Shown piece after piece: positions 51,627 to 61,796 of a DNA stretch of 64,000 bases. The stretch covers positions 3,726 through 67,725 of the forward strand of contig JAOXSH010000004.1 of assembly GCA_025800145.1 (NCBI GenBank). The letters run 5' to 3'. Each line of letters opens with the position of its first letter. Position 1 is the first letter of the stretch. Origin of the DNA: Cohaesibacter sp. (GTDB taxonomy: Bacteria > Pseudomonadota > Alphaproteobacteria > Rhizobiales > Cohaesibacteraceae). The notes under the pieces are model-generated. The model saw only the letters and a list, made by a program, of their open reading frames with translations, had not been told where the DNA came from and did no database searches. The position numbers and the translations under genes were made by a program.

Positions 51627-53489
51627 ATGGATCATCACGCCAAAATCGCCGCCTCTCTTGCCAGACCAAAAGAACAACGCGCCTTATGGCTCGTTGGCCT
51701 GATGCTGGTAGCGGCCATTCTGGTGGCCTCTTACGTCTATTTGCGTGCGCATTTCAGCCAATTGGCAAAAGATCTAGCCGCAGAGCGTCTGACATTGCAT
51801 CACGCTTTTTTATCTGCCGAATTAGAGAAATATAAATATCTCCCCTTTGTCCTGTCAAAAGATGCCACCATTGAAAATTTGCTGCTCCAGCATCAGAAAA
51901 ATAGCCTGACAGCCAGTACACAAAAAAAAGTCAATCAAAGATTGGCCGATTTTGTCACGCAATCAGGTGCCGCTGCTCTGTATCTGATGGATGAAACAGG
52001 CCTGACCATCGCCTCTTCAAATTTTGAGGATCAAACCTCATTCATCGGCAACAAATATGCCTTTCGGCCTTATTTTCAGGATGCTTTGCAGGGAAGACAA
52101 GGAGCCTTTTTCGCCGTTGGCGTCACCACAAAAACAAGAGGTATGTTTTATTCCAACCCCGTGCAAAACAATCAGGGCACAATCGGCGTTATGGCTGTAA
52201 AAGTTGATTTCAGCCCTTTGGAAAAAAGCTGGCAGCAAGCCCGCGAACGGGTTTTCGTCACCGATGAGCGCGGCATTATTGTCCTCTCCAGCAATGAAGA
52301 ACAGCTCTATCACAGCACACGCCCCCTCTTGCCAGAAGATTTGCAGACCATTCGCAAGCAAAGGCAATTTGCCGAAAATGACTTGCCCCTCTTGTCGCAT
52401 GGAACCCGGTCCCTTGAGAAGGCCAGCGAAATGACGCTGGATCAAACAACCTTCATCCATCAAACCCGAAAAATGCCCAGCCAGAACTGGACTTTGCATT
52501 ATCTAACCCCTGCATCTGATGTCAAAACACGCAGCCTGTCTGCGCTTGCATTGGAAGGCTTGATCCTCTCATTCGGTCTGCTCGCCCTGCTCTATTGGCG
52601 CGGCACCAATTTAAAACGCCAGTCTTTACGCGCCCAAGCCGATGCCAAATTACAGCGCCGCCTCAATCAAAGACTGGAAAGCGAGATAGAAGAACGAAAA
52701 CGCACCGAGCAGGAATTACGCGCCACGCAGGATAATTTGATCCATGCATCAAAAATGGCCTCTCTGGGCCATATGTCCGCCACCATCTCCCACGAAATCA
52801 ACCAGCATATTGCTGCGGCAACCACCTTCATTGCCGGTATGAAAAAACTCATACACCAAAAAAGGCATGAAGAAGCCGACAAAACATTGGGCCGCATTGA
52901 TGGTCTGATGAAGCGCATGACCGCCATTACAAAACAGCTCAAAGCCTTTTCACGTAAGGCCGAACAGCATCAAAGCCCGGTCAATATATTGGATGCCCTG
53001 ACCAGCGCCTTATCCATTGCCGAACCAAGACTGAAAAACCTTGATATCCACTTGACCATCAAACCATTTCACAAACCGCTGATGGTGATGGGAGATCGCA
53101 GTCAAATGGAGCAGGTCTTTCTCAATATCATCCAAAATGCCATTGATGCCGTAGCCGATAAAGCCACAAGGAAAATAATCCTTTCCATAAGCGCAACAGA
53201 CGCAAAAGCCTCTATCCATATCGAAGATTCCGGCCCCGGCCTGTCTGATGATATTCAGACAACTCTGTTTGACCCCTTCGTCACCACAAAACCCCATGGC
53301 GATGGGCTAGGGCTTGGCCTTGCTATCTCGACCAAAATTATTGAAAGCTTTGGGGGCACATTGATTGCCCAAAACAGCCAACAGCAAAAGATGGGCGCTC
53401 TCTTCATCATTGATCTGCCTTTACAAACCGATAGACAAGCAAAAATCGGCCCGCAATCATCACACCAAAAGAAAGCTTCCCTCATATGA
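51627..53489 (+). CDS. dctB: DctB-like sensor histidine kinase
   Basis: TM plus Cache domain (YAFRPYF), H box SHEINQ, N box NIIQNAIDA, G boxes; 4-nt overlap with the regulator. Confidence 0.88.
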   Translation: MDHHAKIAASLARPKEQRALWLVGLMLVAAILVASYVYLRAHFSQLAKDLAAERLTLHHAFLSAELEKYKYLPFVLSKDATIENLLLQHQKNSLTASTQKKVNQRLADFVTQSGAAALYLMDETGLTIASSNFEDQTSFIGNKYAFRPYFQDALQGRQGAFFAVGVTTKTRGMFYSNPVQNNQGTIGVMAVKVDFSPLEKSWQQARERVFVTDERGIIVLSSNEEQLYHSTRPLLPEDLQTIRKQRQFAENDLPLLSHGTRSLEKASEMTLDQTTFIHQTRKMPSQNWTLHYLTPASDVKTRSLSALALEGLILSFGLLALLYWRGTNLKRQSLRAQADAKLQRRLNQRLESEIEERKRTEQELRATQDNLIHASKMASLGHMSATISHEINQHIAAATTFIAGMKKLIHQKRHEEADKTLGRIDGLMKRMTAITKQLKAFSRKAEQHQSPVNILDALTSALSIAEPRLKNLDIHLTIKPFHKPLMVMGDRSQMEQVFLNIIQNAIDAVADKATRKIILSISATDAKASIHIEDSGPGLSDDIQTTLFDPFVTTKPHGDGLGLGLAISTKIIESFGGTLIAQNSQQQKMGALFIIDLPLQTDRQAKIGPQSSHQKKASLI

Positions 53490-54874
53490 CGCCTGTTTCT
53501 ACCCATGCCAAAGGGCCGGTTCTGTTGGTCGATGATCAAAGCGACATGCGAGAATCCATTGCCCAATTTTTCGATCTGGCAGGCTATAAAGTGCAACAAT
53601 TCTCCCGCGCCAAAGACGCCTTACCCCATATCACCAAATCATTTGAAGGCATTGTGCTCAGCGATATCAAAATGCCTGATATGGATGGCAACGCCCTGTT
53701 GCAGCATTGCCAGACAATCGATAAGGAATTACCGGTCATCCTGATCACCGGCCATGGGGATGTGCCTATGGCAGTAGTCGCTATGCGCTCTGGCGCTTAT
53801 GACTTTATCGAAAAACCATTTGATCCAGAGCTGCTGGTCGATGTTGTGGCACGGGCCTGTGACAAGCGCAATTTGGTACTGGAAAATCGCCGCTTGCGCC
53901 ATTCCCTTGACGAAGCCGGGCAATTGGGCGGGCGGCTTGTCGGCACCTCTGATGTCATGCATCGCCTGCGCGAAGACATTCTAACCTATGCCCAGACAGA
54001 TGCCTCTATTCTCATCATAGGAGAAACCGGCACTGGCAAGGAACTGGTTGCCCGCGCCCTTCATAATCAATCAAACCGTAAACAGCACAATTTTGCCGCC
54101 ATCAATTGCGCCGCCATTCCCGACACGATGTTTGAAAGCGAAATGTTCGGCCATGAAGCTGGTGCTTTTACAGGGGCCAATGCAAAGCGTCAGGGCTGGT
54201 TCGAACGGGCAGATAAAGGCACACTCTTTCTCGATGAATTATCAGCTCTGCCCTTTGCCTTACAGCCCAAATTGCTACGGGCCTTGCAAGAACGCGAAAT
54301 CACCCGGCTGGGCGGCACCAAAACCTTGCCCGTTGATCTGCGCGTCATCTCCGCAACCAATCTGGATTTGGAAAAAGCCGCACAAGAAGGCACCTTTCGC
54401 GCCGATCTTCTCTATCGCCTGAACAGTGTCGAATTACACCTGCCGCCATTGCGAGAGCGCGGGGAAGATGCCCTGATCCTGTTTGATCTGTTCACTTATC
54501 GCTTTGGACAGCGCTACAATCACAAAAGCCCGACACCAGATGCGGCTGATCGGATTGCTCTGCTCTCCTATAACTGGCCGGGCAATGTCCGTCAGCTGAT
54601 CAACATTGCCGAACGCTATGTGCTACGCAATATTCGCACGCCAACCAGCGTCGAACCATTGCTCAATGGCACGAACACAATTGATGCCAGCGCCAATGAG
54701 ACAAATATTGCGCTCAAAGACCGTATGGACGCCTTTGAAGCGGCCATCATTCGCCAAACGCTCAATGACACCGCAGGCAATATTGCCAAAGCCATGGAAA
54801 AGCTGGATCTGCCCCGCAGAACCCTGAACGAGAAAATGGCCAAATATGCCATTGAAAGATCCGATTTTTTATAA
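53486..54874 (+). CDS. dctD: DctD-like sigma54-dependent response regulator
   Basis: REC (SDIKMP), GETGTGKE, GAFTGA, TLFLDE, WPGNVRQL, C-terminal HTH. Confidence 0.9.
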   Translation: MTPVSTHAKGPVLLVDDQSDMRESIAQFFDLAGYKVQQFSRAKDALPHITKSFEGIVLSDIKMPDMDGNALLQHCQTIDKELPVILITGHGDVPMAVVAMRSGAYDFIEKPFDPELLVDVVARACDKRNLVLENRRLRHSLDEAGQLGGRLVGTSDVMHRLREDILTYAQTDASILIIGETGTGKELVARALHNQSNRKQHNFAAINCAAIPDTMFESEMFGHEAGAFTGANAKRQGWFERADKGTLFLDELSALPFALQPKLLRALQEREITRLGGTKTLPVDLRVISATNLDLEKAAQEGTFRADLLYRLNSVELHLPPLRERGEDALILFDLFTYRFGQRYNHKSPTPDAADRIALLSYNWPGNVRQLINIAERYVLRNIRTPTSVEPLLNGTNTIDASANETNIALKDRMDAFEAAIIRQTLNDTAGNIAKAMEKLDLPRRTLNEKMAKYAIERSDFL

Positions 54875-54887
54875 AAAGATCCAGCAA

Positions 54888-54938
54888 TGAGCAAAATATT
54901 GCCACCATCCTGTCACGCCATCGGCAAAAATCCGCTCA
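54888..54938 (+). promoter_or_regulatory. Two candidate DctD enhancer sites
   Basis: TGAGCAAAATATTGCCAC (54888) and TCGGCAAAAATCCGCTCA (54921), 33 bp apart; the second matches the rhizobial dctA site as I recall it (TGTGCGGAAATCCGCACA) at 13/18. Confidence 0.4.
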
Positions 54939-55009
54939 TCTCCTGATCCATCCTCCCCAATATCTGCCAAAATCTGCCAAAATCTGTTGATCTCAAGCCT
55001 CCTCCCACT

Positions 55010-55025
55010 TGGCATAAAGATTGCT
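55010..55025 (+). promoter_or_regulatory. Sigma54 -24/-12 promoter of the TRAP operon
   Basis: TGGCATAAAGATTGCT with exact GG-N10-GC spacing, about 80 bp upstream of dctP. Confidence 0.8.
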
Positions 55026-55107
55026 AATAGGATCAACAAGATTGATTGATCTGCAAAAGCAAGACACAATCATAAAAATAAATGACAAGCGACATAGGGA
55101 GGAAACA

Positions 55108-56121
55108 ATGTCCTTGAAGAAATTACTCACCACCACCACAGTCATGGGAATGGCCGCTCTGTTCGTTGGCGAAGCAGCCGCTGCCGATGTCACATGGAAT
55201 GTCTCGCTTTGGGGCAAGCGTCGTGCCTTTACCGAGCATGTGGAGAAACTGGCAGAATTGGTCAATGCCAAAACCAATGGCTCCTTCGAGATCAAGCTGC
55301 ATTATGGCGCAGCCCTGTCAAAATCCCGCGAAAATCTTGACGGCATTGCCATTGGCGCCTTTGAAATGGCACAATTCTGCGCTTCCTATCATGCCGATAA
55401 AAACCCATCCATCACCGTTCTGGAATTGCCTTTCCTTGGCGTGCCAAATCTGCAAACACAGATCAAACTCGACAAACTGGTTTATGCAACAGAGGCGGTA
55501 AAGAAAGATCTGGCGCGCTGGAATGCCCAAATCCTCATGTCCTCACCCATGCCGCAATATAATTTTGTCGGTCGCGGCGATGCGCCAAAAAGCCTGAAAG
55601 ATTTTGAAGGCATGCGCGTACGTGCACTGGGTGGTGTTGGCGTTGCCATGAAAACCATCGGCGCAGTTCCAACCACCGTGACAGCCTCTGAAACCTATCA
55701 GGCCATTGAATCAGGTACCGTGCAGGCAGCCTCTTTTGCCCCTCATGCCCATCTTGCCTTTAAAACCGTGGAAGCGGGCAAATGGTATACAACCAATCTC
55801 AATCCCGGCACTGTCAATTGCCCTGTTGTTGCCAATACCGACTCTCTGGCTGCCCTGTCAGCCGAGCATAAAGACGCACTCATGAGCTCCATTGATGAAG
55901 CCTATGATCATTATGTCGCCAATTATGCCAAGCTGAATGAAAAATTCGCAGCAGAATTGGAAAAGCTCAAAATCGAAAAAGTCAGCTTCAATGCCGACGA
56001 ACTGACAGCCTTCAAAGCCGCAGCGGGCAAGCCAAATTGGGACAAATGGCTGGCAGATATGAAGAAAAAAGGCGTCCCCGGTGATGAGTTGCTCAAGCTG
56101 GTTCAGGACAATCTGAAATAA
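55108..56121 (+). CDS. dctP: TRAP transporter solute-binding protein
   Basis: SD GGGAGG; signal peptide; LELPF, GMRVR conserved Arg. Confidence 0.92.
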   Translation: MSLKKLLTTTTVMGMAALFVGEAAAADVTWNVSLWGKRRAFTEHVEKLAELVNAKTNGSFEIKLHYGAALSKSRENLDGIAIGAFEMAQFCASYHADKNPSITVLELPFLGVPNLQTQIKLDKLVYATEAVKKDLARWNAQILMSSPMPQYNFVGRGDAPKSLKDFEGMRVRALGGVGVAMKTIGAVPTTVTASETYQAIESGTVQAASFAPHAHLAFKTVEAGKWYTTNLNPGTVNCPVVANTDSLAALSAEHKDALMSSIDEAYDHYVANYAKLNEKFAAELEKLKIEKVSFNADELTAFKAAAGKPNWDKWLADMKKKGVPGDELLKLVQDNLK

Positions 56122-56304
56122 TCACCAAAACCATCTTTGCCTTAATCATGTCAGAGAGGCTTGCCCTCTCTGGCTTTTTCAAGCGAAAATCGCAATCACA
56201 TCTGCGCAATAGTCGTTCCAAAAACAGCGCATCACCATATGCCAAAACAAACAAACGGAACGAAACAAGCTTGAGGCAAATTTCCTTCGCTGCGGAACGA
56301 CATC

Positions 56305-56979
56305 ATGTCTGGATCTTCATCCCTCTCTCATCCAGACCCAAATCATTCTAATCAAGGCGCGCCCGGCTTGCGCCTTTGGGATGGCTGGGTCGCCAAACTA
56401 GAAGATGGTTTCAATGCCCTTGCGGGGCTGTCCATTCTTTTTCTTATTCTGCTGGCAGTGGTTCAGGTCATTGGCCGCGCAGTCTTTAACAATCCAATCC
56501 CCGGTTTCATCGACTTTGTCGAGCAAGCCATGGCGCTATTTGCCTTTCTTGGCATTGCCTATACCCAGCGTCTGGGAGGCCATATTCGTATGGAGCTGGT
56601 CCTGTCTGGCCTAAAGGGTCGCCCTTTATGGTTTGCAGAAACGCTGGCCACTTTGTTGGTACTGGTTTTGATCGCTGCTCTCATCAATGGCTCTTTCGAT
56701 CATTTTCTACGTTCCTGGACCCTTGGCGATTCCACCATTGATATTGGCTTGCCAACATGGCCCTCCAAATTGGTGGTGCCCATTGCCCTATCTTTGCTGT
56801 GGCTGCGCCTTGCCATCCAACTGATGGGTTATGCCCGCCTGCTTGTCTCTCCTGCGAAATCCCCTATTGCGGTTCCTTTGATTGAAAGTGTGAAAGACCA
56901 TGCCCAGCATGAAATTGAGGATGCATTGGGCGAAGACGCAAACGAAATCAGCAATCAAAACAAGGAGGCCAACCAATGA
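56305..56979 (+). CDS. dctQ: TRAP transporter small permease
   Basis: FLGIAYTQRLGGHIRMEL; about 4 TM. Confidence 0.92.
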   Translation: MSGSSSLSHPDPNHSNQGAPGLRLWDGWVAKLEDGFNALAGLSILFLILLAVVQVIGRAVFNNPIPGFIDFVEQAMALFAFLGIAYTQRLGGHIRMELVLSGLKGRPLWFAETLATLLVLVLIAALINGSFDHFLRSWTLGDSTIDIGLPTWPSKLVVPIALSLLWLRLAIQLMGYARLLVSPAKSPIAVPLIESVKDHAQHEIEDALGEDANEISNQNKEANQ

Positions 56980-58301
56980 CCCCCTTTGATATTGGTCTTC
57001 TCTATACCGGTTTACTACTGGTCTTTGTCCTGATGGGGATGCGCGTGGCCTTTGCCGCAGGTCTCATTGGCTTTCTGGGTCTGGCAACCATTTTCACCAT
57101 GAAGCTGGGTTTTGACAAAGGCATTTGGGTCGCCATCAAAATGGCAGGCACCATCCCCCATTCAAAATCTGTCACTTATGCCCTATCGCTGCTGCCAACA
57201 TTCATCCTGATTGGCTTTCTCGCCTTTCATGCAGGCCTGACAAAAAAACTGTTCGAAGCCTCCAAACGCTGGCTTGGCTGGTTGCCGGGCGGCATGGGCG
57301 TTGCAACCATTTTTGCGACCGCAGGCTTTGCCGCAGTCTCTGGCGCTTCTGTTGCCACAGCCGCAGTTTTCTCCCGCGTTGCAATCCCCGAAATGCTCAA
57401 GGAAGGCTATTCCAAACCCTTGGCCGCAGGTGTAGTGGCCGCAGGTGGCACCTTGGCAACGCTGATCCCGCCCTCCACCATTTTGGTCATTTATGCCATC
57501 ATCGTCGAACAATCGGTCGGCCAATTGCTGATTGCAGGTTTCATCCCCGGCATGGTGTCGGCCCTGATTTATGGCGGCATCGTCATTGCATTGGCACTCT
57601 GGAAGAAGGACACAGCTCCCTCCACCCGCACCTATAACTGGACGGAACGCTTCAATGCCGTACCGGGCACATTTCCCATTCTGATGGTTGTGGGCATCAT
57701 TTTTGGCAGTCTCTACTTTGGTCTGGCAACACCAACAGAGGCTGGCTCCCTTGGTGCATTTGTCATCCTTGTCATTGCCCTTTGGAAAGGCATGAAATGG
57801 AAGCAGTTAAGCCAAGCCCTGCATGAAACAGCCAAACTGACCGCGATGATTTTCACCATCATCTGGGGTGTGCTGCTTTATGTGCGTTTTCTGGGCTTTG
57901 CCGGTCTTCCCGAAGCCTTTAAGGATTTCATCACCGCTCTGGACCAACCACCTTTGGTCACGCTACTGATGATCTTGGTCGCCTATGCCATTTTGGGCAT
58001 GTTCATGGATGCCATCGGCATGTTGTTGCTCACCCTGCCAGTGGTCTATCCAGCCGTCATCGCCCTTGGCTATGATCCCATCTGGTTTGGTATCATTGTC
58101 GTGAAAATGGCCGAGCTGTGCCTGATCACACCACCCATTGGCCTCAATTGCTTTGTCGTTAGCGGCGTCAGGCCCGACATACCGGTGCAGGATGTCTTTC
58201 GCGGCGCAACGCCCTTCTTCTTTGCCGACGTGGTGACAGTGGGTGTCCTAATCGCCTTCCCATCCATCGTCTTGTGGCTGCCCCAACAAATGTTCAATTA
58301 A
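56976..58301 (+). CDS. dctM: TRAP transporter large permease
   Basis: AVSGASVAT, GTLATLIPPS, ATPTEAG, ITPPIGLN. Confidence 0.95.
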   Translation: MTPFDIGLLYTGLLLVFVLMGMRVAFAAGLIGFLGLATIFTMKLGFDKGIWVAIKMAGTIPHSKSVTYALSLLPTFILIGFLAFHAGLTKKLFEASKRWLGWLPGGMGVATIFATAGFAAVSGASVATAAVFSRVAIPEMLKEGYSKPLAAGVVAAGGTLATLIPPSTILVIYAIIVEQSVGQLLIAGFIPGMVSALIYGGIVIALALWKKDTAPSTRTYNWTERFNAVPGTFPILMVVGIIFGSLYFGLATPTEAGSLGAFVILVIALWKGMKWKQLSQALHETAKLTAMIFTIIWGVLLYVRFLGFAGLPEAFKDFITALDQPPLVTLLMILVAYAILGMFMDAIGMLLLTLPVVYPAVIALGYDPIWFGIIVVKMAELCLITPPIGLNCFVVSGVRPDIPVQDVFRGATPFFFADVVTVGVLIAFPSIVLWLPQQMFN

Positions 58302-58328
58302 ACGACAAAGCAATCTATTTAACCGATC

Positions 58329-58363
58329 AAAAAAGGCGCAGGTTGAACAACCCGCGCCTTTTT
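58329..58363. terminator. Bidirectional terminator
   Basis: AAAAAAGGCGC...GCGCCTTTTT. Confidence 0.75.
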
Positions 58364-58388
58364 CATAGACCAAATCCAATACAGGATC

Positions 58389-58850
58389 TTAATTCTTCTT
58401 GCTATCTTTCTTCTGACTGTCTTTTTTCTTGCTGGCTTTTTTAGGGGCAGACTTCTTTTTAACCGCTGCTTTTTTCTTGGAACTTGCCTTTTTAGCGTCA
58501 GCTTTCTTGGAGGGTTTTTGGGCAGCCTTTTTCGCATCAGCCTTTTTCTCTGATGCTGTTTTGCTATCCGCTTTCTTCTCCTCTACGGCCTTCTTGGCAG
58601 AGGAAGATTTCTTGGACGACGATGCCTTGGCTTTGCCACCAATTTTGCGGCAATATCCATCCACGTTCTTGCCCGTTTTGGTTTTATAGGATTTCACCCA
58701 TGTACAGCTCTTGTCAGAAGAGCAAGCGCTTTTCGCCTTTCCCTTACACTCAGCGGCCAAAGCGGCCCCCCCACCAAAGGCAACAGAGCCAAGCAATCCA
58801 ATCGTCAATGCCAGACTAGCGGCCCCGGATTTTGCAAATATTTCCATCAT
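58389..58850 (-). CDS. Exported protein: 4-Cys mini-domain plus Lys/Ala/Ser-rich polybasic tail
   Basis: Signal peptide ending ALA-A; Cys at 35, 43, 49, 67; about 34 Lys in the last 85 aa. Confidence 0.8.
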   Translation of the reverse strand: MMEIFAKSGAASLALTIGLLGSVAFGGGAALAAECKGKAKSACSSDKSCTWVKSYKTKTGKNVDGYCRKIGGKAKASSSKKSSSAKKAVEEKKADSKTASEKKADAKKAAQKPSKKADAKKASSKKKAAVKKKSAPKKASKKKDSQKKDSKKN

Positions 58851-58968
58851 CTTTTCCTTATCCCAAAAAAACGCACCAGATCAGAGTCTCTTGCAACCAC
58901 TCCAATCACCTTTCTTTCCAAATTGAAATGACTTAAACAGGATCTACAAATTTTCATCTGAATGAGCG

Positions 58969-59742
58969 GTGAACAACATCTCCATGTTAGTAACGTTAAA
59001 GGATCGCCTCAGATCTTCTCCTTTGCGCAGCATTTTTGTCATCGGCGCTCTCCTGTCCTTATTTTTCACGCTCTTTGCCCAAGTCGATCTCTGGGCATCC
59101 AGCTTGTTTTTTGACGGCACACACTTTCCCATGCGCAGCCTTGACGGCCCGCGCCTGCTTCGCCGTCTTGGTATTCTGGTCCCGCGCCTTGCTATTCTCG
59201 GATTATTGGTATTTTTAACAATACGCCTGTTCATACCAAGTCTGAAAAAATATCTCAGCCTGCAAACAGCACTATTTTTGCTCTCTAGCGCCATCATAGC
59301 CCCCGGCATCATCGTCAATCTGATCCTGAAAAGCCATTGGGGCCGGGCCAGACCATCACAAACAGATCTCTTTGGCGGCGATTGGGCCTATAGCAAAGTC
59401 TGGGTGATTGCAAACAATTGCCAGTCCAATTGCTCTTTCGTCTCTGGCGAGGGGGCGATGGGCTTTTGGTTACTGGGTTTGGCTTTGCTTGTGCCAGCAG
59501 CGCAGCGCCTGCACGCATTTTGGTTGCTTGGTGGATTTGGCGCTCTTATTTCTTTCAACCGCATTGCCTTTGGCGGCCATTATCTCTCCGATATCCTGCT
59601 GTCATGGGCAATCACAGCCTTTGTCATGATCGCTCTTTGGCGTATCTTGAACAAGCATCCTGCCCACTGGTTACATCAAGAAAAGCTCGAAGCAAGCTGG
59701 GATCGCGCTGGCCTCTGGATCAAAAAGCGCCTGCAAAGATAA
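58969..59742 (+). CDS. PAP2-family membrane phosphatase, lipid A 4'-phosphatase (LpxF)-like
   Basis: [32 protein letters not shown]; multiple TMs. Confidence 0.8.
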   Translation: MNNISMLVTLKDRLRSSPLRSIFVIGALLSLFFTLFAQVDLWASSLFFDGTHFPMRSLDGPRLLRRLGILVPRLAILGLLVFLTIRLFIPSLKKYLSLQTALFLLSSAIIAPGIIVNLILKSHWGRARPSQTDLFGGDWAYSKVWVIANNCQSNCSFVSGEGAMGFWLLGLALLVPAAQRLHAFWLLGGFGALISFNRIAFGGHYLSDILLSWAITAFVMIALWRILNKHPAHWLHQEKLEASWDRAGLWIKKRLQR

Positions 59743-59780
59743 AATTTGCGCAAAACAGCAGAAAATTTGCCTGATTTTCC

Positions 59781-59809
59781 CTTGCACAGAGCAGTCTAGC
59801 GCCTATAGT
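59781..59809 (+). promoter_or_regulatory. Candidate sigma70 promoter of argG
   Basis: CTTGCA-N16-CTATAG(T), resembling the alphaproteobacterial CTTGAC...CTATAT consensus. Confidence 0.4.
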
Positions 59810-59917
59810 GCGCCAGACTTTAGAATTCGGGCTGTCAAAGCAGCCCATGGACGACCCTCCCAGCCCGCAAAGGCAACAATTCCCCTTGCAGGCCCTATTG
59901 AAAATGGATGCAGTCGC

Positions 59918-61144
59918 ATGGCTAAAAAAGGCGATATCAAAAAAGTCGTATTGGCTTATTCCGGTGGTCTTGATACCTCTATCATTTTGAAATGGTTGCA
60001 GACCGAATATGAATGCGAAGTGGTAACCTTCACCGCCGACCTTGGTCAGGGAGAAGAGCTGGAACCAGCCCGCCAAAAAGCCGAGATGCTGGGCATCAAG
60101 GACATCTATATCGAAGATGTCCGCGAAGAATTTGTCCGCGACTTTGTTTTCCCGATGTTCCGCGCCAACACCCTCTATGAAGGCGTCTATCTGCTTGGCA
60201 CCTCCATTGCCCGCCCGCTCATTTCCAAGCGCCTGGTTGAGATTGCCGAGGAAGTTGGCGCTGACGCCATTGCCCATGGCGCAACTGGCAAAGGCAATGA
60301 TCAGGTTCGTTTCGAGCTGGCCGCCCGCGCCCTCAATCCCGATATCGAAGTAATCGCTCCATGGCGCGAATGGGATTTGTCCTCCCGCACCAAATTGATC
60401 GATTTTGCCGAAAAGAACCAGATTCCAATCGCCAAAGACAAACGCGGCGAAGCCCCATTCTCCGTTGATGCCAACCTGTTGCATACCTCATCGGAAGGCA
60501 AAGCGCTGGAAGATCCGGCCATCCCGGCAGAAGAATATGTCTATTCGCGCACTGTCAGCCCCGAAGAGGCCCCAGACAAAGCCACCATCATTGAAATTGG
60601 TTTTGAAAAAGGCGATGCTGTCTCCATTGACGGCACAACCATGAGCCCTGCCGAAATCCTGACCAAACTCAATGAGCTTGGCCGCGACAATGGCATTGGC
60701 CGCCTTGATCTGGTTGAAAACCGCTTCGTTGGCATGAAATCCCGTGGCATTTATGAAACACCGGGTGGCACCATTTTGATTGCTGCCCACCGTGGAATCG
60801 AGTCCATTACCCTTGATGGCGGTGCAGCCCATCTCAAAGACAGCATCATGCCACGCTATGCCGAGCTGATTTATAACGGCTTTTGGTACAGCCCGGAACG
60901 CGAAATGCTGCAAGCCCTAATCGACAAATCTCAGGAACATGTCACAGGCACTGTCAAACTCAAGCTGTATAAAGGCAATTGCGATGTGATTGCCCGCGAC
61001 AGCGAGCACAGCCTCTATTCCGAAGATCTGGTCACCTTCGAAGACGGCGCGGTTGATTATGACCATAATGACGCAGCAGGCTTTATTGAACTGAATGCGC
61101 TGCGCCTGCGCACCGTTGCCTATCGCAACAAAAAACTCAAATAA
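59918..61144 (+). CDS. argG: Argininosuccinate synthase
   Basis: [30 protein letters not shown]. Confidence 0.99.
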   Translation: MAKKGDIKKVVLAYSGGLDTSIILKWLQTEYECEVVTFTADLGQGEELEPARQKAEMLGIKDIYIEDVREEFVRDFVFPMFRANTLYEGVYLLGTSIARPLISKRLVEIAEEVGADAIAHGATGKGNDQVRFELAARALNPDIEVIAPWREWDLSSRTKLIDFAEKNQIPIAKDKRGEAPFSVDANLLHTSSEGKALEDPAIPAEEYVYSRTVSPEEAPDKATIIEIGFEKGDAVSIDGTTMSPAEILTKLNELGRDNGIGRLDLVENRFVGMKSRGIYETPGGTILIAAHRGIESITLDGGAAHLKDSIMPRYAELIYNGFWYSPEREMLQALIDKSQEHVTGTVKLKLYKGNCDVIARDSEHSLYSEDLVTFEDGAVDYDHNDAAGFIELNALRLRTVAYRNKKLK

Positions 61145-61167
61145 GACGCTACAAAACACTTTTATCG

Positions 61168-61195
61168 AATGGCGGGGCTTTGCTCCGCCATTTTT
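61168..61195 (+). terminator. Intrinsic terminator after argG
   Basis: AATGGCGGGGC-TTT-GCTCCGCCATTTTT. Confidence 0.75.
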
Positions 61196-61211
61196 ATGAG
61201 CGGATCAAACA

Positions 61212-61778
61212 ATGCCCCTTATCACCCGCACCCATAGCGAAAATGGCATAGAATCAAGCGCGCTCTATTCACCATGCGAGCGCTATCGCTATGCTTTGAG
61301 CCGCCAGTGGGATGAAAAGGGCAAAAAGCTGCTCTTCCTCATGCTCAATCCATCCAAGGCAACAGAGCTGAAAAATGATCCAACCATCGAGCGCTGTGAA
61401 AGACGCGCCATTGCATTGGGCTATGGAGCATTTCGCGCCTGCAATCTCTTTGCCTTTCGCGCCACCGACCCGCGTGATTTAAAAAAAGAAAAGCAGCCAA
61501 TTGGCCCGGACAATCTGGCCCATATCCTGATTGGTGCCAACTGGGCCGATGACATTTTATGTGCATGGGGCACGCATGGCAGCCATATGGGCCTTGGCTT
61601 TGCTGTCAAAGCCTTGTTGGAGCAGCAAAATCATTCGCTACTCCATCTTGGTTTGTCAAAAGATGGGCACCCCAAACATCCGCTCTATATTGCCTATAGC
61701 GAGCAACCGCAAAGATGGCAGACCAATCAGGCTCTAAGACAAAAAATGCGGGCGGCCAAACATGGTGCCCACATCTAA
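61212..61778 (+). CDS. DUF1643-family protein
   Basis: YRYALSRQW, FLMLNPSKA...DPT, NLFAFRATDP, CAWG, PKHPLY. Confidence 0.88.
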   Translation: MPLITRTHSENGIESSALYSPCERYRYALSRQWDEKGKKLLFLMLNPSKATELKNDPTIERCERRAIALGYGAFRACNLFAFRATDPRDLKKEKQPIGPDNLAHILIGANWADDILCAWGTHGSHMGLGFAVKALLEQQNHSLLHLGLSKDGHPKHPLYIAYSEQPQRWQTNQALRQKMRAAKHGAHI

Positions 61779-61796
61779 TACCAACGGCACGAAAGA

